From Negaprion brevirostris (taxonomy: Eukaryota): a stretch of 64,000 bases of DNA. The position numbers and the translations under genes were made by a program. Numbering within the stretch: the stretch's first letter is position 1; each line of letters starts with the position of its first letter. Positions 36,591-49,554 of this stretch are shown here, in pieces. The stretch covers positions 66,166,622 through 66,230,621 of the forward strand of contig JARDVH010000001.1 of assembly GCA_030324005.1 (NCBI GenBank), given 5' to 3'. Under the pieces are notes generated by a model. The model saw only the letters and a list, made by a program, of their open reading frames with translations. It did not search any database and had not been told where the DNA came from.

Positions 36591-37134
36591 TGTTACGGAC
36601 AGTATGGGTTGCCAAAGCTTTGTTATGAGTAGAGCTGTCCAATTTGTACTAATAAGACAATGTTTCTCAGACATGGGAATATCAACTGCCTGACTCAACT
36701 ATTGATGTAATTAAGAGTTGGTGAGAAAGTACCTTTGTACTCTATAGCTAAGCATCAGGTGTTGCTAAACAGCAGGGGGAAGAAGCATCCAGATTCTATG
36801 GACCAATGAAATCCTATGATGTCAGAGAGTAGAATGTAATTGACAACTGCTAACAATGATTGATTTATACTAATGATGACTGGTTCACAACTAATGTAAA
36901 GGTGGGAAAAGCAAACTTGAAAATGTATAATTGCCCTGTTGGATGTATTGTAACTTCAGAGTGGTATTGGAATGCTCAGACTCTTTGCTTCAGAGAGGTG
37001 TTGGACTGCCCAATGTTATCTCTCCCAGTGATTGTCAGCAAATAAAGATACATCTTTAGCCAGGATACTGACTGCGTGAGTTTTTGTATTAGCTGAGTTT
37101 TGGTAATTCTCAGTGTCTGAAAAACCCCGCAACA
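36591..37134 (+). mobile_element. Candidate solo LTR, 544 bp
   Basis: Termini TGTTACGG and CCGCAACA (7 of 8 inverted), AATAAA at ~37041. TSD not exact (ATATG vs GTAAG). Confidence 0.55.
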
Positions 37135-37899
37135 GTAAGTTAGGGTTATTAAAAATTTACATTTTTCTTAATTCTAGTTCTTTAAAAACAGTCCGCAAAA
37201 ACAGTTACTCAACAACTAATCAACTTATGGCTTTCCTCTGAAGCCACCATTTGATTTTTTTTGTCAGGGGATCTATACCTCACAAAATATGTTTTTATAA
37301 AATATATGTAGAACTCCACATGGCTAATATCTAAAATCTTAAAAACTGGACAAAGAGCTTAAAATGGCTGAACAAGAGGAGATACCAGGGATCATCACAG
37401 AAACTTGCACCTCATTATCTCTGAAGAGACCCTAATGGTTCAATTGTGTGATAGACAGAATGTCTTTATGAACTATCATCAGCATCCTGTTTCTGGATAG
37501 TACCCTACCCATAGGCACTGCATAGTGGTAGTTTGAAAAGGCTTCCTTAACCTGTTGTTTAAATATTTGAGATACTTTGCCTTTCCTGGGTAATTTGAGG
37601 TGGACCAAATGCTTTTCAGACTCTTAGGCTCATTAGGAAATATGGCCCGTTTGTGAGTTTGTGTGATACACAATGAACAATGATCTGGTCAGATTAGCCA
37701 TCTTTAAGCAGGGGGTTAGTAGGCACCAAAGCCATTGCAAGATGCTCATCAACCAGTCTAATGTTTGACATGAATGATAAGCCTCTGCAGACACAATGTA
37801 CATTTGAACAATCATCTGCAACTTCAGATGATGAAGTCAGGGTTTCAACATCTGAAATATATTATTCAGCTTCATTGAATAATGCCTACCCTCCATTAA

Positions 37900-38650
37900 A
37901 TTTCAGTTAGTTCTGTCCCCTTCTTTATCTGATTGAGTTTTTTGCCATTTCACCTTCCATTTCACCTTCTTCCAATTTCGCTCTGACTATACTCCTGGAG
38001 TACTTGGGGTCCTTGAGCAGCAACACCTCCACTTTGAAATTACTCGGAATTTTGGGGCTTGGCATTCCCTCCACCTGTACGTGTTCACTTGCAGCTATTA
38101 TGGGCTTGCCTGTCCTGAAAAGGTTTGTAAGAGTGCAGTCAGTAACAAGTTCACATTATTTTATGGCATGCCACCAACACATTACGAGATCAGTGCTTGG
38201 CAGCCTGGATGCTGTGCATGTGTGTCTTTATGCTCAGTCTGCCAACCATCCACCCTATAACTGGACTGTTGCTTGAAGTGCACAATAAAATCATCAATGA
38301 TAGCTGTGCCTTGTTGAACCATGCTGCCTTTGAGCAGCAGGCAAACTCACTTCTCTCCTGTATGCATGCCCTGCACTAGCCCAGAATTACGCATATTGGG
38401 AACTTATTTTGACTTCCCTCATTAGGTCAATGAACCTTTTCTGGCATGGGGCATTTCCTACTGAGTATCCCAGCAATGTTGACCTCCCCGGCCATCTCCT
38501 CACATGCTGTACATGTCAGCATCAGCCTCTTTCCCTTGCCAGGGGTTGGCATCAGGTGCCACATCTGCTGGACACCACACACAGGAAGGCCCCTGAAGGA
38601 GTCCTCACTGAATCTAGCACCTGGTTTGACCCTTTTCTCCCACCTCCCTC
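37900..38650 (-). mobile_element. Possible decayed Harbinger Myb/SANT-like ORF region
   Basis: Minus strand near 38620 reads GARFSEDSF, similar to the APRFS..SL starts of Harbinger Myb-like ORFs; very degenerate. Confidence 0.3.
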
Positions 38651-39911
38651 TCAGTCCAATGTGTTACCATCTCTGTAGGGAAACATGTAACAACTGTACA
38701 ACTTGACCATGCAAAGAATTAGGAAACTTGTTTTGGATTTAAAATAACGTAACTTCTGAACAATGCCGCAGCTTGGAGACAGCAGAACCCAAAATACAAT
38801 GCACTGACCAAAGCAGCCTGCACACTGCTCATTGACAAATTATCCGGAGAAGTTTTATCTGATCCTGTATTTGCTGGGTTGCCTGATATTGTCCCATGCT
38901 TGGGGACCCTTTCCAGGTTATAGTCTACAACCTCGGTGGCTAAATATCCTGCCCTCCAGCACTCATTTGGTGGGTGAAAGCCTCAAGTCTGCCCTTCAGC
39001 TACATTAGCCCCAGTCAATTTATGATTGGCATGTTCCGAAGGTGGGTCCAGAATTCAAAACCCTGCTGACTTCCTGGTACAGAACCCTCCCTTGGTACTG
39101 CAACGTATTATTCTGCCCAATGATCACCTCTGTCTTCAGATGTAGAAATTGGTGGAGTGAGCAAACAGCACTCCTTGTGGCTTGACTTGCCTTGACATCA
39201 CTCTATTGGTCTTCCTAAACTACCTTAAATAGGGACTGTTGCAAAATTTGGAACTGCATTAGGCATTGTATTGGATTCAATGTAAACCCTGCAGCTTAAA
39301 CAAATTACTGTTCTAATTCTAATTATACAATAACATGATCCACTGCTGTAGTAATAACTCTGCTACTGGATTCTGCAATTTTGCACGTACTCCAAGTACA
39401 TTTCTCCTACGTCAGAGTCAGAGGTGAGAATCTGGATCACAGCTGACAACATGGAAACATAAACCTCTGGCCTCTCAGATGAAGGCTATAGCTTCTGTTC
39501 TCTCCCTCAGCTGTCTGTGTCACTCATTGATTCTCAATCAAATACCATCAGCCCTCCCTTCTTTAGTATTACAGTTATAGCAACACATTGCCTTGTCAAC
39601 TAGGTCAAGTGCTGAGCTCAGTGAATGGAATCCATTCTAACATTACAGGAGAAAATGTCTCGCAAAAGGAATAATGAGCCCCATTGTCTCAAACTAATCT
39701 GGTATACAAGAAACCAAATCAACTTCCCCTCTCCCCCAACCTTTGCAAAGCTACATTCCTGTAACTGCATGAGCTGCCAACAAGAGGTGCAACAAGATGA
39801 CAAACAAAATTCAATTTAAAGGACAAATTGGGAAATTAATGGCATTATCAGCCAAACATGAGGGAAGGTATTGTAAATGATACCCAAACCATGGTAGGTT
39901 TATAAACTAAG

Positions 39912-40036
39912 ATGGAATTTTCCCATTCCACTTGCCATGGGAATCGCAACAGGTGGGACACGAAGCATGCAAAGGTCCGTTGACCTCAGAGGGAATTTTC
40001 TGGCTTTGGGGCGAGCGCAGCCAGAAAATCCCACCC
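39912..40036. repeat. Short MITE-like element
   Basis: Shares TTGACCTC..G..GGA.TTTTCTGG...GAAAATCCCACC with 35670-35750; inverted ends. Confidence 0.55.
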
Positions 40037-40765
40037 TTACAGCAAGGCAAAATCTTCATAAATGCACTTATGACATCACTACATATGATAATAAGAGAAA
40101 TTATTCTCTTTAAGTATCTGTAAGTATTGTTATGCCCAGTAAAGACATGTCATATTCTCAAAGTTCCAGTAAAGTTCAATGTGGACTCTTTGAAATTGGC
40201 CATTTTTGAAAAGAAAAGCCAATGTATTGCAAAGATGGTCACCCGCCCTGCCCTGTGTATTCAAAAACTGTCTCACTATCTATCAGAAAGAAAGGGACAA
40301 TTCACACATAAAGAGTGGGAACTACACATATCCTGAGACCGTCAATGGACTTACTCAGTCGAACAGCTTCTTTCTGTAACAAAGGCTGAATTTTACTTCC
40401 TGTCCATACAGCACGTAGGAATAGAAATTCCAACAATACCATTGCACCACCAGAGGTGCGTCTGTTGGTTTATCCAGTCAATCACAATATCCAAATTTGG
40501 AAACATTCAGCAGTTCAAATCAGATTTCATTTGGTAATGGGTGGTTTTATTTCCTATTCAATTGTGGGATGAGACTCCTTTGCATTTAGAATAATCCCTG
40601 CATTCAGTGCATTAACAGCCGAAGCAGAGGAACCTGGTAAATCTTTATTATCTTCCCCCTCTCCTACTGATATTCAGAGAAGAGAATAATGGGTTATGGA
40701 CACATGAAAATTAACATGTAACTTTCTGATAGTTGAAGTCCAGTCCTAGCAGGAGAAGCAGAGTC

Positions 40766-41066
40766 AAAGTTTAAAGTTTATTTATGAGTGTCACAAGTAG
40801 GCTTACAGTAACACTGCAATACAGTTACTGTGAAAATCCTCGAGTCGCCACAGTCCGGCGCCTTTTCGGGTACACTGAGGGAGAATTTAGCANNNNNNGT
40901 ACCTAACCAGCACATCTTTTGGGCAATGGGAGGGAATCAGAGCATCCAGAGGAAACCCACGCACTCACAGGGCAAAACTGCAGACACTGCACAGACAGTG
41001 ACCCAAGCTGGGAATCGAACCCAGGTGCCTGGCAGCTGTGCTAACCACTGTGCCACCGTGCTGCCC
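40766..41066 (-). mobile_element. HE1-like SINE, alternative-tail subfamily
   Basis: Head GGGCAGCACGGTGGCACAGTGGTTAGCAC; tail ...GTGACACTCATAAATAAACTTTAAACTTT. Confidence 0.88.
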
Positions 41067-41342
41067 TCTGACAAAGCTGACATCAGCACTTACTTTTTCG
41101 CTTTAGTATCACTAACTCCTTCACCTGTCAATCTCCCCAGAATTAGCGATGCTTCAAACCCATTGGAAATGTGAGATTAGGTGGATATTGCCTATACTGA
41201 TCATTCCTTGGGTTTGGAGTCTCTTGTAGATAATATAAATGGCACATCATTACCATGGGATACTGTCCAAAGTACGTATTTGCAGAAAGTAATAGAGTGA
41301 CCATAAGTCTAAATTCAAGCAACACATTGTTGGATGATAAAG

Positions 41343-41580
41343 GCAAATTATTGTGGATGCTGGAATCTGAAACAAACCAAAAATTGCTGGAGAAAATCAG
41401 CAGGTCTGAGAGCATCTATGGAGAGAGAATAGAGCTAACATTTTGAGTCAGGATGACCCTTCATCAGAGCTGAAGGCAAAGAAAACCAGACAAGATTTGT
41501 ACTATGAGGATGGGGGAAATTGTACAAAGGGAATGTAAAGGGTGATGATAAAGGCTGAGAAAAGTGCTAAAAGCTTCTAA
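41343..41580 (-). mobile_element. Penelope-like terminal fragment with a mutated hammerhead motif
   Basis: Minus strand AGCT-CTGATGA-A-GGGTC-ATCCT-GACTC-AAAA-TGTT-AGCT at 41433-41471. Confidence 0.6.
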
Positions 41581-42184
41581 TATTGGGTCTAGCATTGGAT
41601 ACATTGGGTGAGTCTCCCTGGGCAATCCTTGTATGTGAAGTGAACATTGGAGAATATAAAGATCCTGATGGGTATCTCCTGGACTTCCACGGTCAGTTCT
41701 TGAAGAATTTCATTACAGAGAAGGAAAGATGATTCAAAGTATTGAAAGTGACAAGAACAGTGGATTCTTGGGAATTGTAGCTGCTTCCTTTCACATAGTC
41801 TGACAGCCTATTTAAGGTGTGGGCAAGAGGACTTAGCCAAAAGCACAACCCAGGCATAATGCAGAGAAGTGATACTAGTTCCTGCTCTTTCTAGAAATGA
41901 GCTTCCAGTTCCAGTTGAAACACTGTCTGAAGTCTTCTTGTAATATTTTAGCTATGCTGAACTGGCAAACTTTTCAGGATCAGTACTGGGTTTAAATAGC
42001 TGAAAGAAATATTCGCAAGGAACTAAACTAGTTACAATAATGAGGTTTCTACATTTTGTGTTTGTGGCACACTAAGTGTCTTTGAGATTGATGGTTCAAG
42101 CAAAGTCCATGATTACCTTCAAGATAGTTGCAAATGAAAGGCAAACAAAGATTAGAAAGTAAAAAGATTTCCAGGTCAAGCTGC

Positions 42185-42420
42185 TGTTGTTTAATCACCG
42201 AGACTAATTAACTGAAGGGAAAATATGTCATTCCGTTTGACCTTTATTTTCAAGGTCATCACAATAACCATGGCACGGACTAATAGATGAAGCAAGAGCG
42301 TGTCCTGTGTAGGAGCTCAAATCCATGTAATTTCTCAATGGGTGTGGAAGAGATAAACAAACAGCTTTAATTGCTTTATTAGATTATGAACAGACACCTC
42401 TCTTCCTCCAGGAGAAAGAG
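42185..42420. promoter_or_regulatory. Candidate conserved non-coding element or enhancer
   Basis: Repeat-free, CpGs retained. Clustered TAATTA, TGACCT-N9-AGGTCA (including TCAAGGTCA), TAAACAAACA and TTAATTG motifs. Conservation not tested. Confidence 0.35.
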
Positions 42421-44330
42421 ATTGAAAGGAAAAATATGGAAGTAACATTTCCCTCTTGGCATTGACAGCTTTACCCAGTCAGGTTACATCACATAAATTC
42501 AGTTGTTGCATGCCGTGCAACAACAGGTGCTTTTCAACAGTCCAATCCACTTTTTCCAAATGAGCACTATGAAGATTTAGCAGGTTGTAACACAAAGACT
42601 AATCAGACAGCACAAAATGATAAGAGATGCAAGAGTTTGTGATTAGTTCATTCCCAAACATGACAACTGGGTATTGCAGAATGTCATGTTAGATTATGTA
42701 AATAAGAGAATTATACAAACAGATGGATAACTATTTCCTTTGCTGTCTGAGAGGTCAGGACCAGCATATTTTAAGAACTTAGTACGGAAACCAGGACAAT
42801 CCAGCTTTTATACATAAACTTTTATCTGTGCCAAATTTAGTACTGGTAGCCATTGTGTAAACCACATTGCATTATTTACAGTATATTAGTGATTTTGATC
42901 TTTTTTCCTATGACTTATTCTTACATTGTGTTTCAACAAAATGTTTGAGGAGCCAGATAAATTATGAAATTAGTGAATCATTTTTATGAGCTGTGGCAAT
43001 ATTGTAATGAATAATTCAGGTTCTTTGAGAAGGACTTCAGAAAAGATTAAACAGCTGTCTGAGGTTTCAAGTCTATCACAGGAAAACCCTAAGGTAATGA
43101 TTTCACAATGTCTTTGGTAAAGAAGCCAAGAAACAAAAATTATATACAGAAAATGCTCAAAGTTCTTAAAAGTTTAAAGTCTATATCTTAATCTGCAAAT
43201 TCTTTTTTCAAGTATCATTGGAGTTGTTTCTTTCCAGCATTTTGTTTTACTTTCATTAAAGAATAATGACATTTGCATTTTTTTCCCTTCAATCTTGGAA
43301 GTCTTCATTGTTGAATTAAAATCTTGCAGTTATGTCGTACCTTTAGTGTAGCAAAATATCCCAAGGTGCTTCCTAGGTCAAGACAATCAGAGGGCCACAA
43401 TCAATCAGTTCAGTCACGCCTTTTAAATCTAGGTGACAAATCCTCTAGAAAATTGGCTTGGGGAATCCCAAAAGTGATACAAATTAGGAGCAGGGGTAGG
43501 CCACTTTGCCCCTTGAACATTTTTAAAATTTGGGGTTTTCAAGTGTCAGATATAGAAAGAACTATTTGATGTTGATAGTTATGTTTAAGTGCACTTTTCA
43601 AAAGAATCTATTGCCATATCTATTTTTGAAAATTAGGTTGGGAATCTTAACATTCACAACCCAATTAAAGCTGAGGTAACACTGTATAAATTAAAGTTGG
43701 ACATAGCTGCTTGAAACTTTTTTGATTTTGAGTTTTTTATCTGTTGGAGATCATATCTGCCAACAGGTACCTGGCAACCAAATCAATCCATATCCCTCCC
43801 TGGGCAAAATTATGGGCATGAAGGCCTCCTACCAGTTAATCAACAGAGCATTATTGTCACTGAAGACATTTTTCATCCACTTGCCCTGCTTGAAACACAA
43901 GTGAAGTGATTGAAAAAAATGAGAAAAAAACATTTTCATAAGAAAAGTATACAGTTCATCAGCTGCTGCAAGGTAGCTGTCACTTAGGTTCGAAGTTGGT
44001 GCAAACAATGTAATTGCTTCATTGCCAGCGGTANNNNNNNNNNCAAAGACAGTGATAGCTCAAGAGAGTCTTCTTCATTAAATTCAAACTGGAAAACGTG
44101 TCCAGCCCAAGGAGAAAACAGAAATCTAGTCAGATAAATCCCTATGTAGTCATACAGCTGCACAACTGTTGTCTCCTGAAGGATAATCCAAGTGTTGCAC
44201 AGTGGAGTGCTACTTAGAATAAATTTTCACCACTATTCTAGCCCAGTTTCTGAACACTTTCAATCCTGTTCCATATTAGCCGATACTAGGCTGCAGTCAA
44301 TCTTGGCTCATTTTAAAAATTAAACACCAT

Positions 44331-44730
44331 GGCTGGGATTCTCCCAAAAAAATTGTAAGCTCCCAACATGTGGGAAATTGGGAGTAATTCGCACCAATTT
44401 TTTTTAGCATACTTACCAGAGCGAATCTCTGACACTCGGCACACTGCAGAGTGCCTCAGCAGGATTCGTCATGGAATGTAGCGGGGATGGCCGATTCCCA
44501 CTGGAGAGGCTGGCAGCATAGCGCTGAGTGGGCCACTGCACATATGCCGATCTATCAGATCACAGATCAGCACACGTATAGTGGCCCCCCCATTACCAGC
44601 CTCCCAATCGCTGGCCAGCCCCACAAGCCCTCATCGNNNNNNNNNNACCCCTCATCGCAAGCCTGCTGACGATCCCCCACCCCCCCCATTCCATTCTCTA
44701 ATCACTGGTCTCCCAAACCTCCCCGGGCCA
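44331..44730. repeat. MITE/non-autonomous DNA transposon (same family as 17919-18380)
   Basis: Starts GGCTGGGATTCTCCCAAAA; colinear with the 17919 copy. Confidence 0.6.
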
Positions 44731-44780
44731 GCCTCTATAAATTATATGTAAGTATGGGGATGTTTGTAAATGTATAACTA

Positions 44781-44974
44781 TGGCAGGGATTCCCCCACCA
44801 CAGCATGTTTTCTGGCAGCAGAGACATCTTGCCATTGGCTGCTGGTGGGATCTTCTGGTCCCCACCAAATTCTATGACATTGCCAAGAATCCTCAAGTGG
44901 GGGTGGGGGGGCAGGGTGTCACCTTCATCAAAACTGGAAGACCCACAAGTGGGAAGGACTGGAAAATCCCATCC
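44781..44974. repeat. Palindromic MITE-like element
   Basis: GGCAGGGATT...AAATCCCATCC ends; internal GTGGGATCTTCTGGT / ACTGGAAGACCCAC inverted arms. Confidence 0.5.
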
Positions 44975-45071
44975 ATAGCCTCATTTATAGTGGTACTAGC
45001 CCAGCACTGTAAAATCAATAATTTACTCTAATAGTGGAATTTTATTGCTATGTGCTTGTATGAACAGATAC

Positions 45072-45378
45072 AGCACAGCGGCACAGTGGTTAACACTGCT
45101 GCCTCACAGCATCAGGGACTTGGGTTCAATTCTGCCTTGGCTGACTGTCTATGTGAAATTTGTACTTTCTTCCCGTGTCTGCGTGTGTTTCCTCCAGGTG
45201 CTCGGTTTCCTCCCACACCAGAGATGTGCAGATTAGGCTGATTGACCTTGCTAAATTGCCCCTTAGGGAAATTAGTAGGGTAAAAACATGGGGTTACAAG
45301 GATAAGGCCTGGGTAGGATTATTGTTGGTGCAGGCTTGATGGGCTGGATGGCCTCCTTCTGTACTGTTGGGATTCTAT
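45072..45378 (+). mobile_element. HE1 SINE
   Basis: tRNA-like head, central domain, tail GGCCTCCTTCTGTACTGTTGGGATTCTAT. Confidence 0.88.
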
Positions 45379-46311
45379 ATGTATATAATAAAGCTCCTAA
45401 AAGCCAGTAGGAGCCTTTCTCCTTCTGAAGCTGAGCTGGGTAGTTATTTTATACAACCATTTTGACCTTTTTTGTTGCTATTTTTATGTTGTGTTATTTT
45501 AGTTGCAGTGGTTCAACATTTTTGATGTGCATTTTAATTCATTCCATATTTTTATTTCTCTGTTGCCTCTGAGCATTTACCATTCAAAGAGCATTTTACT
45601 ATTGATAATAATAAGCACTCTGCAGAGGATGGGGACTGGCCTGGCAACTTCCCACAATGTCTAACAGTTGCAGGATGAAAAGGATGCTTTTGCAGCACAG
45701 CCAGACTCATGTCTACTTAGGGAACCTTATGAACAGAATGCTCATTGTTATCCAAATATTTCAGGATAATCACATACTTACTCTTTAAAGAGTAGAATTG
45801 CAATGTATTGGACGCAAGAAGGTGGCTCGGGAAGGCCTGACAATAGGAAACATGACCTTGAACAGTGAGAGTTGAAAGCTGAAAAATTAGCATGAATGGA
45901 AAGTATAACAATATTTAGCAGAGAATCATTTCACTTAACTCTTGCATGCCTCTGTGATATAAACAAGTTCTTTGTCATGATCCCAATGAAACTCTTACCA
46001 TAATTTCACACAGTACTTTATGACCAAATACTATACCGTACCCACTGAGCATGCACAATGTGTCAAATATGGCAGGATATATCAGTGAACACGTCCTGTG
46101 CCAGCCATATGCCACCCATCATATTGGATACATAAGAACACAAGAAACAGGATCAGGACATAACATTACCCCAACTCCATGAGCCCTTATCTTGCCTAGT
46201 AAGCTTTTANNNNNNNNNNACATCTACTGCTTCCCCTTTATCTTGCCTACTATTTATACCTTCAAAAACTTCAAAAAGGATTTCCCTTCAGTAAAACAAT
46301 GTTGACTTAGG

Positions 46312-48708
46312 ACATAAGAACATCAGAACTAAGAGCAGGAGTAGGACATCTGGCCCCTCGAGCCTGCTCCACCATTCAATAAGATCATAGCTGATCTTTT
46401 CATGGACACAATTCCACTTACCTGTCCACTCACCATAACCCTTAATTCCTTTACTGTTCAAAAATCTATCTATCTTTGCCTTAAAAGCATTCAATGTGGT
46501 AGCCTCAACTGCTTCACTGGGCAAGGAATTCCACAGACTCACAACCCTTTGTGTGAAAAAGTTCCTCCTCAAATCAGTCCTAAATATGTTCCCCCTTATT
46601 TTGAGGCTTTGCCCTCTAGTTCTAATTTCACTCACCAGTGGAAGCAAACTCCCTACTTCTATCTTACCTATTCCCTTTATAATTTTTTATGTTTCTATAT
46701 AAGATACCCCCCTCATTCTTCTAAATCATAAGCTAACCATCTCAACTGTGGAATTAACCTAGTGAATCTCCTCTGCACTCCTCAAGTGCCAGTACATCCT
46801 TTCTCAAGTAAGGAGACCAAAACAATACACATTTCCCTAGGTGTGGCATCATCAGCACGTAACATAGCTGCAACATAACCGCATGTTTTTAAACTCTATC
46901 CCTCTAACAACATAGGACAAAATTCCATTTGCCTTCTTAATTGCCTGCTGCACATGCAAACCAACTTCTTGTAATTCTTGCACAAGGACACCCAGGTCCC
47001 TCTGCACAGCAACATGCTGCAATTTTTTAACATTTAAATAATAGTCCATTTTGCTGTTATTCCTACCAAAATGGATGACCTCATACTTACCAACATTGTA
47101 CTCCAATTGCTAGACCTTTGCCCACTCACTTAAGCTATCTATATCCCTCTGCAACCTTTCACTTTGCTTTACCTCTCATTTTAGTATCTGCAAATTTTGA
47201 CACACTACACTTGACCCCCAACTTCAAATCATCTATGTAAATTGTAAACAATTGCGGTCCCAACACTGATCCCTGTGGCACACCACTCGACATTGATCGC
47301 CAATCAAAAAAATAATCATTTATCCCCGCTCTTTTCTTTCTATTAGTTAACCAATCGCCTATCCATGTTAAAACATTACCCGTAACACCATGCACCTTTA
47401 TCTTATGTGGGAGCCTTTTGGGCGGCACCTTGTTGAATGCTTTCTGGAAATCCAGATATACCACATCCACCAGTTCCTCATTGTGCACCGCGCTCATAAT
47501 GTCCTCAAAGAACTCCAGCAAATTAGTTAAATATAACCTGCCTTTCATGAACCCATGCTGCCCAGTGGGAGAGTTTCTATCCAAATGTCTTGCTATTTCT
47601 TCCTTGATGATAGATTCAAGCATTTTCCCCACTACAGGAGTTAAGCTAACCGGCCTATAGTTACCTGCCTTTTGTCGACCTCCTTTTTAAAATATTGGTG
47701 TCGTATTTATTGTTTTCCACTCTGCCGGAATCACCCCTTTCGCACAGGAAATTTTGTTAAATTACCACAAGTACACTTGTTACTTTCCCTACCATTTCTT
47801 TGAGTACCCTGGGAAGCATTCCAGTCGGGCCAGGAGGCTTATCTACCTTTAGCCCCATTAGCTGGCCCAACACTACTTCTTTAGTGATAATGACATCAAT
47901 TTTGGCATGTTATTTGTGTCTTCCACTGTGAAGACCAACAGAAAATACCCGTTCAACACCTCTGCCATTTTCTTATTTCCAGTTATCACATCCCCCTTCT
48001 CATCCTCTAAAGGACCAGTGTTTACCTTAGCCAGTCTTTTTCTTTATATATATTTATAGAAACTTTTGCTATCTGTTTTTATATTCTGAGCTAGTTTACT
48101 CTCATAATCTACCTTACTTTTCTTTATAGCTTTTCTGTGGCTTTCTGTTGACCTTTAAAGATTTCTGAATTCTCCAGTTTCCCACTAATCTTTGCCACTT
48201 CTTTTGCATTTTCTTTCAATTTGATATACTCCTTTACTTCCTTAGATATCCATGGCTGATTATCTCTTTTTCTACACTTCTTCTTAATCACTGGAAAATA
48301 CTTTTGCTGAGCACTGTGAAAAAATCGCTTTGAAAGTGCCCTACTGTTCCTCTATTGTCCCACCATAAAGTTTCTGCTCCCAGTCTACCTCAGCCAACTC
48401 CTCCCTCATCCCTTTGTAGCCTCCTTTGTTTATGTACTAGACACCTAGTATTGGATTTTATCTTCTCATGCTACATTTGTAATTTAAATTCAACCATACT
48501 GTGATCACTCCTTCTGAGAGGATCCCTGTGAGATCACTAATTATTCCTGTCAGGACCAGATCTAGGATTGCTTGCTCCCTCGTAGGTTCTATTACACACT
48601 TTTCGAGGCAACATTTGTGGATGCATTCTATGATCTCCTCCTCAAGGCTGCCTTGACCAACCTGGTTTAGCCAATTGACTTGTAGATTAAAATCCCCAAT
48701 GGTAACTT
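46312..48708 (-). mobile_element. CR1 LINE, ~2.4 kb decayed ORF2 (endonuclease end, RT, 3' tail)
   Basis: VYLDFQKAFNKVP, GVPQGSVLGPQLFTIYIDDL, SKFADT, RRNFFTQRVVSLWNSLP; tail ACATAAGAACAT at 46312. Frameshifted. Confidence 0.95.
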
Positions 48709-49400
48709 TTTTAAATCATACCACGTTTTTCTAAGTGCATTGTTAAGACTCCTCTAATAACAGGTTCCAGCATTTTCTTAACTAACGGTCGGCTAAGAGG
48801 CCTGTAACTCATTATTTTCCCCCTCCCTCCTTTCACAAAAAGTGGTGTAACATTTGCCAATTCCCAATCTATTGAAACTGTTCCCAAATCCAAGGAATTT
48901 TGAAAAATCACAGCCTGCACATCCACTATCTCAACAGCAATGTCTTTTAGAGCCTGAGGGCGGAAGCCGATTTGTCACATTTTAATCCCATAAATGTTGC
49001 CAATGTCATCTCTCTGTTGATATTAATTATTTTACACTCTCTATCTCTAGCTCATTGTCTATTTCTGATACGAAACCTCTGTTTTCTACAGTGAAGACAG
49101 AAAATATTTGTTCAATGCCTTAACCATTTAATTATTCCCCATGATAATTTCTCCTGTCTCTTCTTCCAAGAGTCTAACATTTAATTTTGTTATTCTCTTT
49201 CTCTTTATATGCTTATAAAAACTCTTACAATCTGTTTTTATACTTCTGTCTGGGTTTTCTCTCATATTCTACTTTTTCCCTTTTTCATCAACTTTTTGGC
49301 GACCCTATGCTTGTTCTTAAAATACTCCCAACCCTCAGAATTGCTACCGTTTCTTTCTACCATTGTAAACCTCTTTCAAAATTATCCTTAATTTCCAGAT
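48709..49400 (-). mobile_element. Older CR1 ORF2 fragment
   Basis: IFQNSLDLGTVSIDWELANVTPLF...SYRPLS. Confidence 0.8.
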
Positions 49401-49554
49401 GAGCAGACAGGAAGAACACATCAACAATATTAAAATGTTTTATTTATAGGTTTGTGGAATCCTACATGGAGAACATCTGGCCTACCATGTCCATGTCAGC
49501 TCTTTGAGAGATCTACCCATGAGTCCCAATTCCTTATTATTTGTCCAGGCAATT

